Positions 12,257 through 22,120 are shown, counted from the stretch's first letter. The stretch is 64,000 bases of DNA from an uncultured Gemmatimonadales bacterium (GCA_963739455.1 CAVUAK010000001.1:768001-832000), one strand, 5' to 3'. A program made the numbers and translations. Notes: generated from the letters alone by a model not told the origin.

Positions 12257-12712
12257 ATGAAGCCGATCCGTACCCTGTTCGCCGTGACCCTGCTGGCAGC
12301 ACCGCTGCTGGGCACCGCGTGCAAGAAGGAAGCGCCGCCCCCGCCGCCGGCTGAGACGATGGCGCCGGAGCCGACGCCGGCACCGCGGCCGGCGGTGACC
12401 CAGATCGAGCTGGGCAGCTCCGTGGGCGCCGACAAGCGCGTCCTCGCGGCGCGGTCGAGCTTCGGCGTGAAGGACAGCATCATCGCATCGGTTTATACCG
12501 AGAACACTGCACCGGGCGCCGTGCTCACTGCGAAGTGGACGTTCCAGACGGGGCAGACGGTTGATTCCACCAGCCAGACCGTCGCAGCAGCCCCGGCCGT
12601 CACCGAGTTCCACATCGTGAAGAAGAGCGCCTGGCCCGTCGGCCGGTACACCATCGACATCTGGCTCGATGGCACGCCTGCCGGATCGCAGCAGTTCGAT
12701 GTCGTGAAGTAG
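12257..12712 (+). CDS. Hypothetical lipoprotein with Pro-rich linker and Ig-like fold
   Basis: GTAC lipobox; WPVGRYTIDIWLDG; GAGGAG SD. Confidence 0.75.
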   Translation: MKPIRTLFAVTLLAAPLLGTACKKEAPPPPPAETMAPEPTPAPRPAVTQIELGSSVGADKRVLAARSSFGVKDSIIASVYTENTAPGAVLTAKWTFQTGQTVDSTSQTVAAAPAVTEFHIVKKSAWPVGRYTIDIWLDGTPAGSQQFDVVK

Positions 12713-12717
12713 GCTTG

Positions 12718-14775
12718 CTAGGCGTGCTGAAGCTCGGCACGCTCCCTTGACTCCGACGCCACCTTCGTCGTCACCTCCGGTGGTGCCTCGGCGAATCCGT
12801 GGAACTTCTCCTTGTGGGTTCCGCGGCCATGAGTGATGGAATGCAGCGCGGTGGAGTAGCGATAGAGCTCTGCCGCGGGCACGATCGAGCGTACGCGAGT
12901 CAGCCGGCCGTCGCGGTCGGTGCCAAGTATGTGCCCCCGGCGTGCGCTCAAGTCTCCCATCACGTCCCCCAGGGTTTCCTCCGGCGCCCAGGTCTCCACC
13001 TCAATGAGCGGCTCGAGCAGCACGGGGCGGCACTGCGGCGCCACGTTCCTGAACGCCTGGATTCCCGCCATCTTGAACGACATCTCGTTCGAGTCCACGT
13101 CGTGATAGCTGCCGTCGAAGCACTCCACCTCGAAATCGACGACGGGATGGCCCGCGAGCACCCCGCGCAGCGCTGACTCCTGGACACCGCGGTCAACCGC
13201 CGGGATGTACTTGTTCGGGATGACCCCGCCCACCACTTCATCCTTGAAGCGATAACCCTCGCCCCGCGCCAGCGGGCGGATGCGGATCCAGCAGTCGCCA
13301 TACTGCCCGCGCCCGCCGGTCTGCTTCTTGTGCTTCCCCTGCCCTTCTCCACGCGCGCGGAAGGTCTCCCGGTATGCGATCCGGGGACGCGTCAGTTCAG
13401 CAGCCACCCCATAGCGTCGCGCGATGCGGCCGAGAAGCGTCTCGAAGTGCCGCTCGCCCATGCCGTGAATGAGCGTCTGTCCCAGTTCGGAGTTGTACTC
13501 GAAATGGAATGACGGGTCCTCCTCGTGCAGGCGATGCAGTGCGGACGCGAGCTTGTCCTCATCGCCGCGCTTGGTGACCAGGGCCGCCGTGGCCACCGCC
13601 TCGGGAAACTCGATCGGTGGGAGCCGCACCGGTGCATCACGACGGCAGAAGGTGTCACCGGTGTGCGTGTCCTTGAGCTTGGCCACGCAGCCGATATCGC
13701 CGGGCATGAGGCGCTCCACCTCCACGCGTTCCTTCCCCTGCGGCACCGAGAGATGGTTGATCTTCTCGGCGATGCCGTGCTCCGCGTTCCATACCTCGTC
13801 GCCGCTCCGCATCTCGCCGCGATAAAGCCGGAAATAGGTGACGTCACCCACGTGCGGCTCGGAGACCGTCTTGAAGACGCGCCCGAGCAGCGGTGAGTTC
13901 TCGTACTCGCCATTGTTGGGCGGAAGCGGTGCCTCGGCGGCGGACGGCAACAGCTCGACCATTTCCTTGAGCAGCGTGCGAGTGCCGTAGGTGAGGTCGG
14001 AACTGCAGCAGAAGAGGGGCACCACCGCGCCGGTGACCACGGCGTGCTTCATTGCCGCCGTAAACTCCGCGCGGGGGATCTCCTCCCCACCGAGATAGCG
14101 CTCGATGAGGCCGTCGTCGGTGGCGGCCACCGCCTCGAGGAGCTGGTCGGAGTACTGCTTCACCTGCGCCTCGAGCTCCCTCGGCACCGGGACCACCTGG
14201 TACTCCCCGCGCGTGCCCTTGTACTCGTGGCAGTGCCCGGAGAAGAGGTTGACGATGCCGTGGAAGCCGCGCCCGTCGCCCACCGGGACCTCCACCGGCA
14301 CGACGCGCGAGGTGAGGTGCGTGCGCACGTCTTCGTAGACCCGTGCGAAGTCGGCGTTGTCCTTGTCCATCGCCGCCACGACCAGCATCCGTGGCAAGTG
14401 ATAGTGATCGCAGAGCTCCCAGATCTTCTCGGTGCCGACCTCGACGCCTGCGGTGGAACTCAGCACCACGAGCGCGGCGTCCGCGACGCTGAGCGCCGCG
14501 ACGGCTTCACCGAGGTACTCGAGATATCCGGGAGTGTCGAGCAGGTTGATCTTGGTATCGAGCCACTCGGCGTACGCCGGGCCCAGGGTGATGGAGTGCT
14601 GCCGTTCGATTTCGTCGGGGGAGGTATCAGTGAGGGTACTGCCATCCTTGACGCGGCCGTGGCGACGGCTCGAACCGGACACATACGCGAGCGCGTCGAC
14701 CAAGCTGGTCTTGCCGGCGCCCCCGTGGCCAGTGACTGCCACGTTTCGCAGGGCGTTGGGGCCATAGACTTTCAT
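12718..14775 (-). CDS. Elongation factor G-like protein (EF-G2-type paralogue)
   Basis: GHGGAGKT, DTPG, GMGERH, YRET, HKKQTGGRGQYG, DGSYHDVDS, LLEP; G2 reads RQHSI and G4 reads AAMD instead of RGITI/NKMD. Confidence 0.92.
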   Translation of the reverse strand: MKVYGPNALRNVAVTGHGGAGKTSLVDALAYVSGSSRRHGRVKDGSTLTDTSPDEIERQHSITLGPAYAEWLDTKINLLDTPGYLEYLGEAVAALSVADAALVVLSSTAGVEVGTEKIWELCDHYHLPRMLVVAAMDKDNADFARVYEDVRTHLTSRVVPVEVPVGDGRGFHGIVNLFSGHCHEYKGTRGEYQVVPVPRELEAQVKQYSDQLLEAVAATDDGLIERYLGGEEIPRAEFTAAMKHAVVTGAVVPLFCCSSDLTYGTRTLLKEMVELLPSAAEAPLPPNNGEYENSPLLGRVFKTVSEPHVGDVTYFRLYRGEMRSGDEVWNAEHGIAEKINHLSVPQGKERVEVERLMPGDIGCVAKLKDTHTGDTFCRRDAPVRLPPIEFPEAVATAALVTKRGDEDKLASALHRLHEEDPSFHFEYNSELGQTLIHGMGERHFETLLGRIARRYGVAAELTRPRIAYRETFRARGEGQGKHKKQTGGRGQYGDCWIRIRPLARGEGYRFKDEVVGGVIPNKYIPAVDRGVQESALRGVLAGHPVVDFEVECFDGSYHDVDSNEMSFKMAGIQAFRNVAPQCRPVLLEPLIEVETWAPEETLGDVMGDLSARRGHILGTDRDGRLTRVRSIVPAAELYRYSTALHSITHGRGTHKEKFHGFAEAPPEVTTKVASESRERAELQHA

Positions 14776-14826
14776 GGCCTGCACCTCCTTCGGCTGGAGT
14801 CATGTCCATCATGCAGGCCGAAGGAG
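14776..14826 (-). promoter_or_regulatory. SD-sequestering hairpin in the leader of the EF-G-like gene
   Basis: Minus strand CTCCTTCGGC pairs perfectly with GCCGAAGGAG, which contains the SD. Confidence 0.5.
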
Positions 14827-14832
14827 CCGCTG

Positions 14833-15978
14833 TCAAATCCCGCCGCGTGCCTTGAGGATGGCGAGCACCTCCGCGACGGGGAGCGCCGCGACGGTGTGGC
14901 CGTTCGCCGTCTGGGTGGTCGCCATGAAGAGACTGTTGTAGATCGCCTCCTCCGTGGCCTCCGCGACGCCGTCGAAGAGGCCCGACATGTAGTCGTTGCC
15001 GACGTCGGCCTGCGATATGCGTGCGGCACCTCGCGGTCGTCGCACCGCAGGGCTGTTCGAGAATGCGATGATGTAGTCACCCGAGCCGTTGTCCACGCTC
15101 GAGCCGGTGCGACCGATGCCGAGCATCGCGCGGGACGCAAGACGCTTGAGGTTTCGGTCGCTCAATGGGGCATCGGTGGCGACGACCACCATGATCGAGC
15201 CGAGTGGGCCCTTGGCCGGGGCCAGGCTCGAGACTCCAGACTTCCCCAGGATGCGACCGACTGGCACTCCCACGATCGTCAGCTCGGAAGCACCGCCGAA
15301 GTTGGACTGCACCAGCACGCCCACGGTCCAGGTGCTGTCTCCCACCTTCACGACGCGGGATGAGGTGCCGATCCCGCCCTTCCACTCGAACGCAATGGTC
15401 CCGGTGCCGGCACCGACGCTGCCTTCGGCAACCGGACCGGTTGCGGCGGTGGTGAGGGCATGGCGCACATCGGCCTCGGAGACGAGACGCGAGCGGATGG
15501 CGTTGAGGACGTAGCCGTCGTTTGTCTCCCCCACCACGGGGTTGATCGATCGCACCTTGTCCATGCCGGGTTGCTCGAGCATCCAGGTCACCATCGCGTC
15601 GGCGGCGCGCCACACGCAGAGGGTGCAGGTGAGGAGGATCGGCGTCTCCAGTTCACCAAGCTCGGCGACCTGCGTGACCCCGAGCAGCTTTCCGAAGCCG
15701 TTGCCAACGTAGATGGCTGCGGGCACCCGCTCCAGAAAGAGGTTCTGCGAGGTCGGCAGGATCGCGGTGACACCGGTGCGCACCGAGTCGCCGATGACGA
15801 CCGTGGTCTGCCCCACCAGCACTCCGGGGACATCGGTGATGGCGTTGAGCGGACCCACCGGCAGGACGCCGGCGACGACGCCGAGACTGCGGGCTCGGCC
15901 CTGGGCATGGGCCGGCCCGGCGCTCGCCGCCGCGATGGTGAAGATTGCGACCAGTGCACGCGAGTATCGCGATGACAT
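14833..15978 (-). CDS. P1 family peptidase (DmpA-like aminopeptidase), secreted
   Basis: NAITDVPGV.VG, NGFGK, PVVGETND, EGSVGAGTG, KGGIGTSSR, VQSNFG, GSI autocleavage site, GSGDY. Confidence 0.92.
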   Translation of the reverse strand: MSSRYSRALVAIFTIAAASAGPAHAQGRARSLGVVAGVLPVGPLNAITDVPGVLVGQTTVVIGDSVRTGVTAILPTSQNLFLERVPAAIYVGNGFGKLLGVTQVAELGELETPILLTCTLCVWRAADAMVTWMLEQPGMDKVRSINPVVGETNDGYVLNAIRSRLVSEADVRHALTTAATGPVAEGSVGAGTGTIAFEWKGGIGTSSRVVKVGDSTWTVGVLVQSNFGGASELTIVGVPVGRILGKSGVSSLAPAKGPLGSIMVVVATDAPLSDRNLKRLASRAMLGIGRTGSSVDNGSGDYIIAFSNSPAVRRPRGAARISQADVGNDYMSGLFDGVAEATEEAIYNSLFMATTQTANGHTVAALPVAEVLAILKARGGI

Positions 15979-15980
15979 CC

Positions 15981-17144
15981 TCATCTCCTCACGATCTCCG
16001 CAACGAATGGAAGGTGGTCCGATCCATAGTCATCACCCACATGCGCGCCGACAGCCTTCAGCTCGTCATCCAGCAATACGTGATCAATGCGCACCTCGAT
16101 CCAGCCGTTGAGCTTGGTGAATCCCCAGCCGTTGCCGGAGGCGTTGAATGCATCGGTAAGGCCACCCCAGTACTGCTGCCAGATGATGCTCTCGACCGGG
16201 AGGTTGAAGTCACCCAGCACGATCCGCGGTGGCGTCGTCGAGTCGATCCACCGGCGGACGGCGCGTGATTCGGTATCGCGCAGGATGTTGTTCGCGTCGA
16301 TGAGCCGCGGCGCATTGGAGGGATCGGAGAGAAGGTGCTGCACGCCGTGTCGAGGCGTCTCGAGGTGCAGGACAAACACCGTGACCGTGCCGATCGGTGC
16401 CATGACCTCGTAGCGTGCCGCCGCGGCCGACCCGCCCGCTGCCTGGAAGTCCCGTGCTGCCATGCGGCGTGGCGGTGCCCGCAGCGGATACCGGCTCAGG
16501 AAGCAGGTGCCACCTGCGGTATCGACTGCGGCCCAGCCTTCCAGGCTGCCGAGGGCGTCGCGCATGGCCGGACCGCATTCCTGGAACCCGGCGATATCGG
16601 GACGCGTCGCTTCGAGCAGCTCCTTGAGCCGCAGCGACACGACACTCCCGTTCTCGACATTGAAGGTCAGGATGCGAATCGGTGCCTTGGGATGCCAGAG
16701 CGGTGCCGTGCTCAGCCGTCCACCCATGACGGGACCGACCACAATAAGCGCTGCGAGCCCGATGGGGATCAGTGCCTGGCGTCGCCACAAGAGCGCGAGA
16801 GCAGCCAGCAGAGCGACGGGCAGCAACCATGGCCAGCGCCCCGAGTAGATGAGCGCGGTACCCCACCAGGTGCGATCGCCGAAGAAGCGATAGGCCCAGG
16901 CCAGGAAGAGCATGAACATCACGAGCAGCCAACCGACGCCATCGAGCGGCGTCAGGACCACCTTCCGGATCCGGAGGCGCGAGTGCGGTGCGGCACCGCG
17001 GACCCACTGCGCAAGGCGCGCGGTCCGCAGTCGGTCGACCGGGGACTTGCAGACCGGACAGCGTGCCGGCGCCCAGTAGCGACCGGGATCGACGGCAACG
17101 CGATGGCGTCGGGAGCATTGAAAGACGTAGCGGGGTTCAGCCAT
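15981..17144 (-). CDS. Membrane-anchored endonuclease/exonuclease/phosphatase family protein with N-terminal Zn-ribbon
   Basis: LTFNV, FQE, GDFN, IDHV, SDHLP catalytic motifs; three TM segments; N-terminal CxxxH...CPVC. Confidence 0.88.
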   Translation of the reverse strand: MAEPRYVFQCSRRHRVAVDPGRYWAPARCPVCKSPVDRLRTARLAQWVRGAAPHSRLRIRKVVLTPLDGVGWLLVMFMLFLAWAYRFFGDRTWWGTALIYSGRWPWLLPVALLAALALLWRRQALIPIGLAALIVVGPVMGGRLSTAPLWHPKAPIRILTFNVENGSVVSLRLKELLEATRPDIAGFQECGPAMRDALGSLEGWAAVDTAGGTCFLSRYPLRAPPRRMAARDFQAAGGSAAAARYEVMAPIGTVTVFVLHLETPRHGVQHLLSDPSNAPRLIDANNILRDTESRAVRRWIDSTTPPRIVLGDFNLPVESIIWQQYWGGLTDAFNASGNGWGFTKLNGWIEVRIDHVLLDDELKAVGAHVGDDYGSDHLPFVAEIVRR

Positions 17145-17193
17145 AGGCGGCGAAAGGTAGGGCCGTGCCCGTCAAAGCCGGTATACTCCTTAC

Positions 17194-17904
17194 ATGACTT
17201 CACATCGTGTCGCCCTCGTCACCGGTGCCACCGAGGGTATCGGTCGCGCCGTCGCCTTCGCGCTCGGCCGGGCCGGCTGGTCGGTGGGCGTGTGTGCCCG
17301 GACCGCCGACCGGCTCGAACGGCTATTGCTCGAACTGCGCGGCGCCGGCATCCATGCCGATGGCCTTCCCACCGACGTGGGCAACGAGACCCAGGTGAAG
17401 GCACTCACCGCGCACGTCAGCAAGGTGCTCGGCCCGATCGATACGCTGGTGAACAATGCCGGTGTGCTCATCGCGAAGACCATCAGCGAGCTCAGCATTG
17501 AAGACTGGGACGCCACGATGCGCACGAATGTGCGGAGCCTGTTCCTGGTGACACGCGAAGTGCTGCCCGGCATGCGCACCGCCGGACGGGGCGACATCGT
17601 GAATGTGGCGAGCCTGGCAGGCAAGAACGGTTTCATTGGTGGCACCGCATACGTGGCATCCAAGCACGCGGTTCTCGGCTTCAGCAAGGCGCTGATGCTG
17701 GAGGAGCGCAAGAACAACATCCGCGTCATCGCGGTATGTCCGGGATCGGTGGCGACCGCCATGCTCGAGAACCAGCCGCTGCTGCCCTCCAGGCCGGAGA
17801 AGATCCTCCGCGCCGAGGATGTTGCGGAGACGATCCTCACCACGCTGCGCCTGCCTGGCCGCGCGCTGGTGAGCGAGCTCGACATCCGCCCCACCAATCC
17901 GTGA
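17194..17904 (+). CDS. SDR family oxidoreductase
   Basis: TGATEGIG, NNAG, YVASK. Confidence 0.93.
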   Translation: MTSHRVALVTGATEGIGRAVAFALGRAGWSVGVCARTADRLERLLLELRGAGIHADGLPTDVGNETQVKALTAHVSKVLGPIDTLVNNAGVLIAKTISELSIEDWDATMRTNVRSLFLVTREVLPGMRTAGRGDIVNVASLAGKNGFIGGTAYVASKHAVLGFSKALMLEERKNNIRVIAVCPGSVATAMLENQPLLPSRPEKILRAEDVAETILTTLRLPGRALVSELDIRPTNP

Positions 17905-18123
17905 GCCGCATCCCGGACCGGTGGGCGGTGACCCGCTGTGTCTGCCAGCGCATGACCTTCGACAGCCTGCTTCGCCTTGCACGGGAGTACGGCTGGACCA
18001 TTGAGGAGCTGGTGGCGAACACCGGCTGCGGCGACCAGTGCGGCATGTGTCATCCGTACCTCGAGAAGATGCTGGAGACCGGCGAAACCAGGTTTCGCAC
18101 CGTTCCCGTAACGCCCTGGCTGA
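17901..18123 (+). CDS. Bfd-like (2Fe-2S)-binding small protein (3' end uncertain)
   Basis: RCVC...TGCGDQCGMCHPYL; GTG overlaps the SDR stop; frame runs on, suggesting a lost stop or indel near 18110-18123. Confidence 0.7.
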
Positions 18124-18153
18124 CCTTTCCCTGGCTGCGATTACCTTGGGACC

Positions 18154-18498
18154 ATGCACGTCGTTCGGTGACCTTCCTCCGTACCCTCCTGCTGAGCCTG
18201 TTCGTGCTCGGCGGCCCGGGGCTGCCCCTCATCGATGCGGTGGTGTGGCATGGATCGGGATCGCAGCAGGTGGCAGGGTCGCGACTGGACGAGCAAGGTG
18301 CGGCCCGTCCCCACTGCCGATACCTGTTCGCTCGCGGCGCCGATTCCGGTCCCCGGACCAGTGCCGTGCAGTGCTTCCCCGGTACCGGCGGTGCGCGGCA
18401 CCGAGCGCGCTGTTGCTGAGCCTTCGCAGGTCGTTCGCGTCACCATCACCCCTGATCGCAGCACACGTCCTCGAGCCCCGCCCGCATTCTCCGCCTGA
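18154..18498 (+). CDS. DUF2946/CruR/CutF-like leader protein with C-terminal RAPP motif (apparent frameshifts)
   Basis: Hydrophobic N-terminus (FLRTLLLSLFVLGGPG), H-x-D-x-C segment across an indel near 18314, Pro-rich linker, RPRAPPAFSA-stop, 124 nt upstream of a TonB receptor. Confidence 0.65.
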
Positions 18499-18622
18499 CC
18501 TGAGTCACATCCGACACATATCGCAGCGCTGAGCGACCCGTGCTTCACGGGCCGTCGGCATTGCCAGGCCGCTCCTCGACCGACCCTGAACCGGTGGTCT
18601 GGGGCACAGGTGGAGATCACAC

Positions 18623-20907
18623 ATGTACACATTGCTCCTCGCCGTGGCGGTGGCATCTGCCTCGGCCAGCAGTTCGACGCCCGTCGACGCTGCACAGCTC
18701 CGCGGAAAGGTGACTGACTTTCACGGCAATCCCCTGGCGAACGTGCGCGTGACGGTCGTGGAGTTTTCGCGACTGGTCCTGACCGACCAGGAGGGGAACT
18801 ACGCCCTGTCCAGCCTGCCCACCGGCAGCTATACCGTCACCTTCGCACTACTGGGCTTCGGGCCACAGACGCGGAGAATCGTGCTGGGCACGGAGGTCCT
18901 GACGCTCAACGTCACCCTGAACGAATCACTCGTCGAACTGCCGCCGCTGCAGGTCACGGCCAGCCCCAACGGGTCGAGTGCGCTCACGTCGCCCCAGCCG
19001 GTGTCGGTCCTGAGCGGGGCACGCCTTCAGGCCGATCACACCGCCAACCTGGGCGAGACGATCGACAAGATCTCCGGGCGTCTCGGCGTGGACCACCGGT
19101 GCCGGGATCGGCAAGCCGGTGATCCGCGGGCTGTCGTCGAACAACGTGCTGGTCCTCGCGAATGGCCAGCGCACCGACACCCAGCAGTTTGCCGACGAGC
19201 ACAGCCCCAACATCGAGACGTCCGGCGCCGAGCGAATCGAGGTGATCAAGGGACCGGCGAGCGTGCTGTACGGTTCGGACGCGGTGGGTGGCGTGGTGAA
19301 CATCATTCCGCCTGCCATCCCCGATGCGATCGGGGTGAAGGGGAGTGTCGGCGGCAAGGTGCTTGGTGCCTATGGGACGAACAACACCAACCCCGACGGG
19401 AGCCTGCTGCTGAATGGTGCCAGCGGTGGCTTCGGCTTCCGGGCGGCACTGGTCGGCCGGAACGCCGACAACATCGAGACGCCGGTCGGTACGCTGTACA
19501 ACACCGGCTTCTCGACCGTGGATGGAAGCGTCGGAGCGGGATACAAGGGAACATGGGGCACGGTGAAGGCGTCGTACACGCATCGCTATGAGACGCTGCA
19601 ACTGATGGACGAGGACCCTGCCGCCACGCCGTTCCAGCACGTCACCGACAACCGCTTCAACATCGGTGTTGTAGCCCCCACAGGCGGTGCCTCGCGGATC
19701 GAGGCCAACCTCGGCTTTGACAGCAACCGGCGACGCGAGTTCGAGTCGGCGGGCGACACTGAGGCTGACGTCGCCTCAGGACTGCAGAACAGTCTCTGGA
19801 CCAGCGACGTCCACTACCACAACAACCCGATCGGCCCCTTTGCCGGAACGCTCGGCGTGCAGGGCTATCACAATGGCTGGGATCGATTCGGCACCGAGAA
19901 GTTCCTCCCCCCGAACCAGGCCTTCGGCATCGGCGTGTTCGGGTTCGAGCAGGCCGACGTGGGCCGGTTCACGCTCTCGTTCGGGTTGCGGTACGACTTC
20001 CGGCAACTGGATGTGGACGAGGCGGAGGTGGGCCGGGAGGATCGTAATCGCATCGTTCCGGAGCAGACCCGGACGCTACAACTCGGTGACCGGCAACATC
20101 GGCGCGCTCTACCACATCGGGCAGTCGGTTGCGATTGTGGCCAACCTGGGCCGCGCCTTCCGGGCGCCGAATATCTTCGAACTCTTCGGCTATGGTGTTC
20201 ACGAGGGGGTACCGCAGTTCGTCATCGGCAACGACTCGCTGCAGAACCAGACCTCATGGACCACGGACCTGGCGCTGCGGGTACAGAGCGGGCGGGTCCA
20301 GCTGGAGGCAGGCGGATTCTACACCCCGATTCATGACTTCATCTATTCCAACCCGACGTCCGGGCGAGATACGAGCTCAACGGACCCGGAGGCCTCGGGG
20401 CTGCAGGAATTCGTGATTACCCAGGGCGATGCACTGTTCTACGGGTTCGAGGTGGGCGCAGACTACCACCCGACCCACTGGCTGGAGCTTGGCGCCGGCA
20501 GCGATTACACCTACGCGCAGAACCGGGTGCTGGACCAGCCGATCCCGTGGATTGCGCCGTTGCGCGTGCGCTACTCGGCGAAGGTGACCGGTGGCAGCGG
20601 GACCTGGTATCGTGCCCCGTACTTCTCGGTGAGCGGATCGACGGTCATGGCCAAGGTCGCATACCGCGTCGACCCGAACGAGCTCGAGCCCGGAACCCCG
20701 ATTCCCGGCGGCTACACGCTCGTCAGTCTCGGCGCGGGCGCGCAACTGGCGGTCGGTGGCCAGGTGATCTCCGTCGATCTCGACCTGCTCAACGCCTTCA
20801 ACCAGCAGTACGTCTGGTTCCTCAATCGCTACCGCAACTTCGTCGAGGACAGCCGGAATCTCGGCATGGGCCGCAACTTCATGCTGCGGCTGGCGTGGAC
20901 CTTCTGA
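18623..20907 (+). CDS. TonB-dependent receptor with N-terminal carboxypeptidase-like regulatory domain (two apparent frameshifts)
   Basis: Signal peptide; plug motifs IRGLS, ERIEVIKGPASVLYGSDAVGGVVNII; NLGRAFRAP; C-terminal GRNFMLRLAWTF; indels near 19078 and 20072. Confidence 0.9.
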
Positions 20908-20964
20908 GTGGCGGGCGGGTTGGCCTCCTGTGAAGCTGTGACCCGCTGGGACGTCCTAGGATCC

Positions 20965-21537
20965 ATGAAGCCAATCAATGCGACCGGACGCGTCCTCTGC
21001 TTCGCGGCCCTCGCCGTTGCAGCCACTGGCTGCAGCGGCGACAATGGGCCGGTGAAGGAGCCGGAGACGCCGGAGCTCATCAACCAGGTGACGCTCACCC
21101 TCATGCGACGACAGGACAGCACCTTCCAGCACGCCACCATCGTGGACCCTGACGGGCCCGGCCCGCTGCCCTGGCGGGACCAGGCCGGGGCGTTGCACGT
21201 CGTGCCCAACGCTTCGTACACTGCGACCATCACCCTCACGAACTCGACCACGTCACCGCCGGTGGATGTCACGCCGCTCATCAACTCCAGGAAATTGCAG
21301 CACCGCTTCTTCTACACCATGCTGCCGGAGAATGGCGTCATCGCGACGGACCTGACCATCGACAGCAACAGCGCGGAATACGGCGAGGCATTTGCCATTC
21401 ATGTGCCGGCCGATGTCGAGTTGCGAAGCTGGACGCTGGAGGTGCTGCTCAGTCACTACGAGGGAGATACGAAGGGAAACGGCCTGGTGCCCGGGTCACT
21501 GGCCGACGTGGACGTGACCTTCGTGCTAACGACCTGA
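20965..21537 (+). CDS. Lipoprotein resembling TonB-receptor-associated putative metal-binding lipoproteins
   Basis: ATGC lipobox; PELINQVTLTL...DPDGPG, HRFFY, LSH motifs; directly downstream of the TonB receptor. Confidence 0.65.
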   Translation: MKPINATGRVLCFAALAVAATGCSGDNGPVKEPETPELINQVTLTLMRRQDSTFQHATIVDPDGPGPLPWRDQAGALHVVPNASYTATITLTNSTTSPPVDVTPLINSRKLQHRFFYTMLPENGVIATDLTIDSNSAEYGEAFAIHVPADVELRSWTLEVLLSHYEGDTKGNGLVPGSLADVDVTFVLTT

Positions 21538-21540
21538 CGG

Positions 21541-22119
21541 TCACTGGAGGGCCACCTCCTGGACCTTGGTGCTGCCCGGCACGAAGTAGAGGGAATAGCG
21601 CCTTTCATTTGCCACGTTGAGCAGGTTCACGATGTTCTGCTGGCTCGGGAACACCTCGAAGAGCAGGTCATTGCGTACGCCGAGTCTTCCTGGTGCCTTC
21701 GCGACCGGATATTCCACGATGAACCAGATCATCGGCTGGCCCTGCTCGTCGGTCTCGATGCCCGAGGCCTGGACGGAACCCTTGAGCCGGGCGCCGTCGG
21801 CCTCCACCCATACCCGCTCCGCCAGGTAGCCGGCGAAAAGGGAGTCGGTATCCTTGCTGGTGCCGAGGTCGAGCTTCTGCAGCTTGTAGAACCTGGCCAG
21901 CCCCGCCTGCAGGTCGTCCTTGAAAAGGCGAACACGGGAGACGATGGCGGCACTGTCCACCGCCATGCGGGTGAGGGTGACGTGGACGTCATGAGTCGGC
22001 AGTCGACTGTCGGCAGTCGGCAGAGAGCCTGCAGTCATCGAAAGGACAAATGCTCCCAGGCCCCAGAGCGGCCGACTGATGACTTTCTGCCGACTGCCGA
22101 CCGCCGACTGACGACTCAA
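21541..22119 (-). CDS. DUF6702-like secreted protein
   Basis: HDVHVTLT...RLFKDDL...NDLLFEVFPSQQNIV pattern downstream of the M1 peptidase; TTG start at 22119 inferred. Confidence 0.7.
   Translation of the reverse strand: MSRQSAVGSRQKVISRPLWGLGAFVLSMTAGSLPTADSRLPTHDVHVTLTRMAVDSAAIVSRVRLFKDDLQAGLARFYKLQKLDLGTSKDTDSLFAGYLAERVWVEADGARLKGSVQASGIETDEQGQPMIWFIVEYPVAKAPGRLGVRNDLLFEVFPSQQNIVNLLNVANERRYSLYFVPGSTKVQEVALQ
21994..22116. repeat. Inverted GACTGCC/GACTGAC heptamer arrays inside the 5' end of the DUF6702 gene
   Basis: AGTCGGC AGTCGAC TGTCGGC AGTCGGC (21994-22021) versus CTGCC GACTGCC GACCGCC GACTGAC GACT (22086-22115). Confidence 0.8.
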
Positions 22120-22120
22120 C

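Noticed and set aside
12718..14775. Canonical fusA or a TetM-type ribosomal protection protein
   Set aside because: Lacks RGITI/NKMD and str-operon context; domain IV loops are EF-G-like.
17736..18419. Bfd-like domain fused to a membrane segment
   Set aside because: Better explained as two small genes merged by indels; unresolved without reads.
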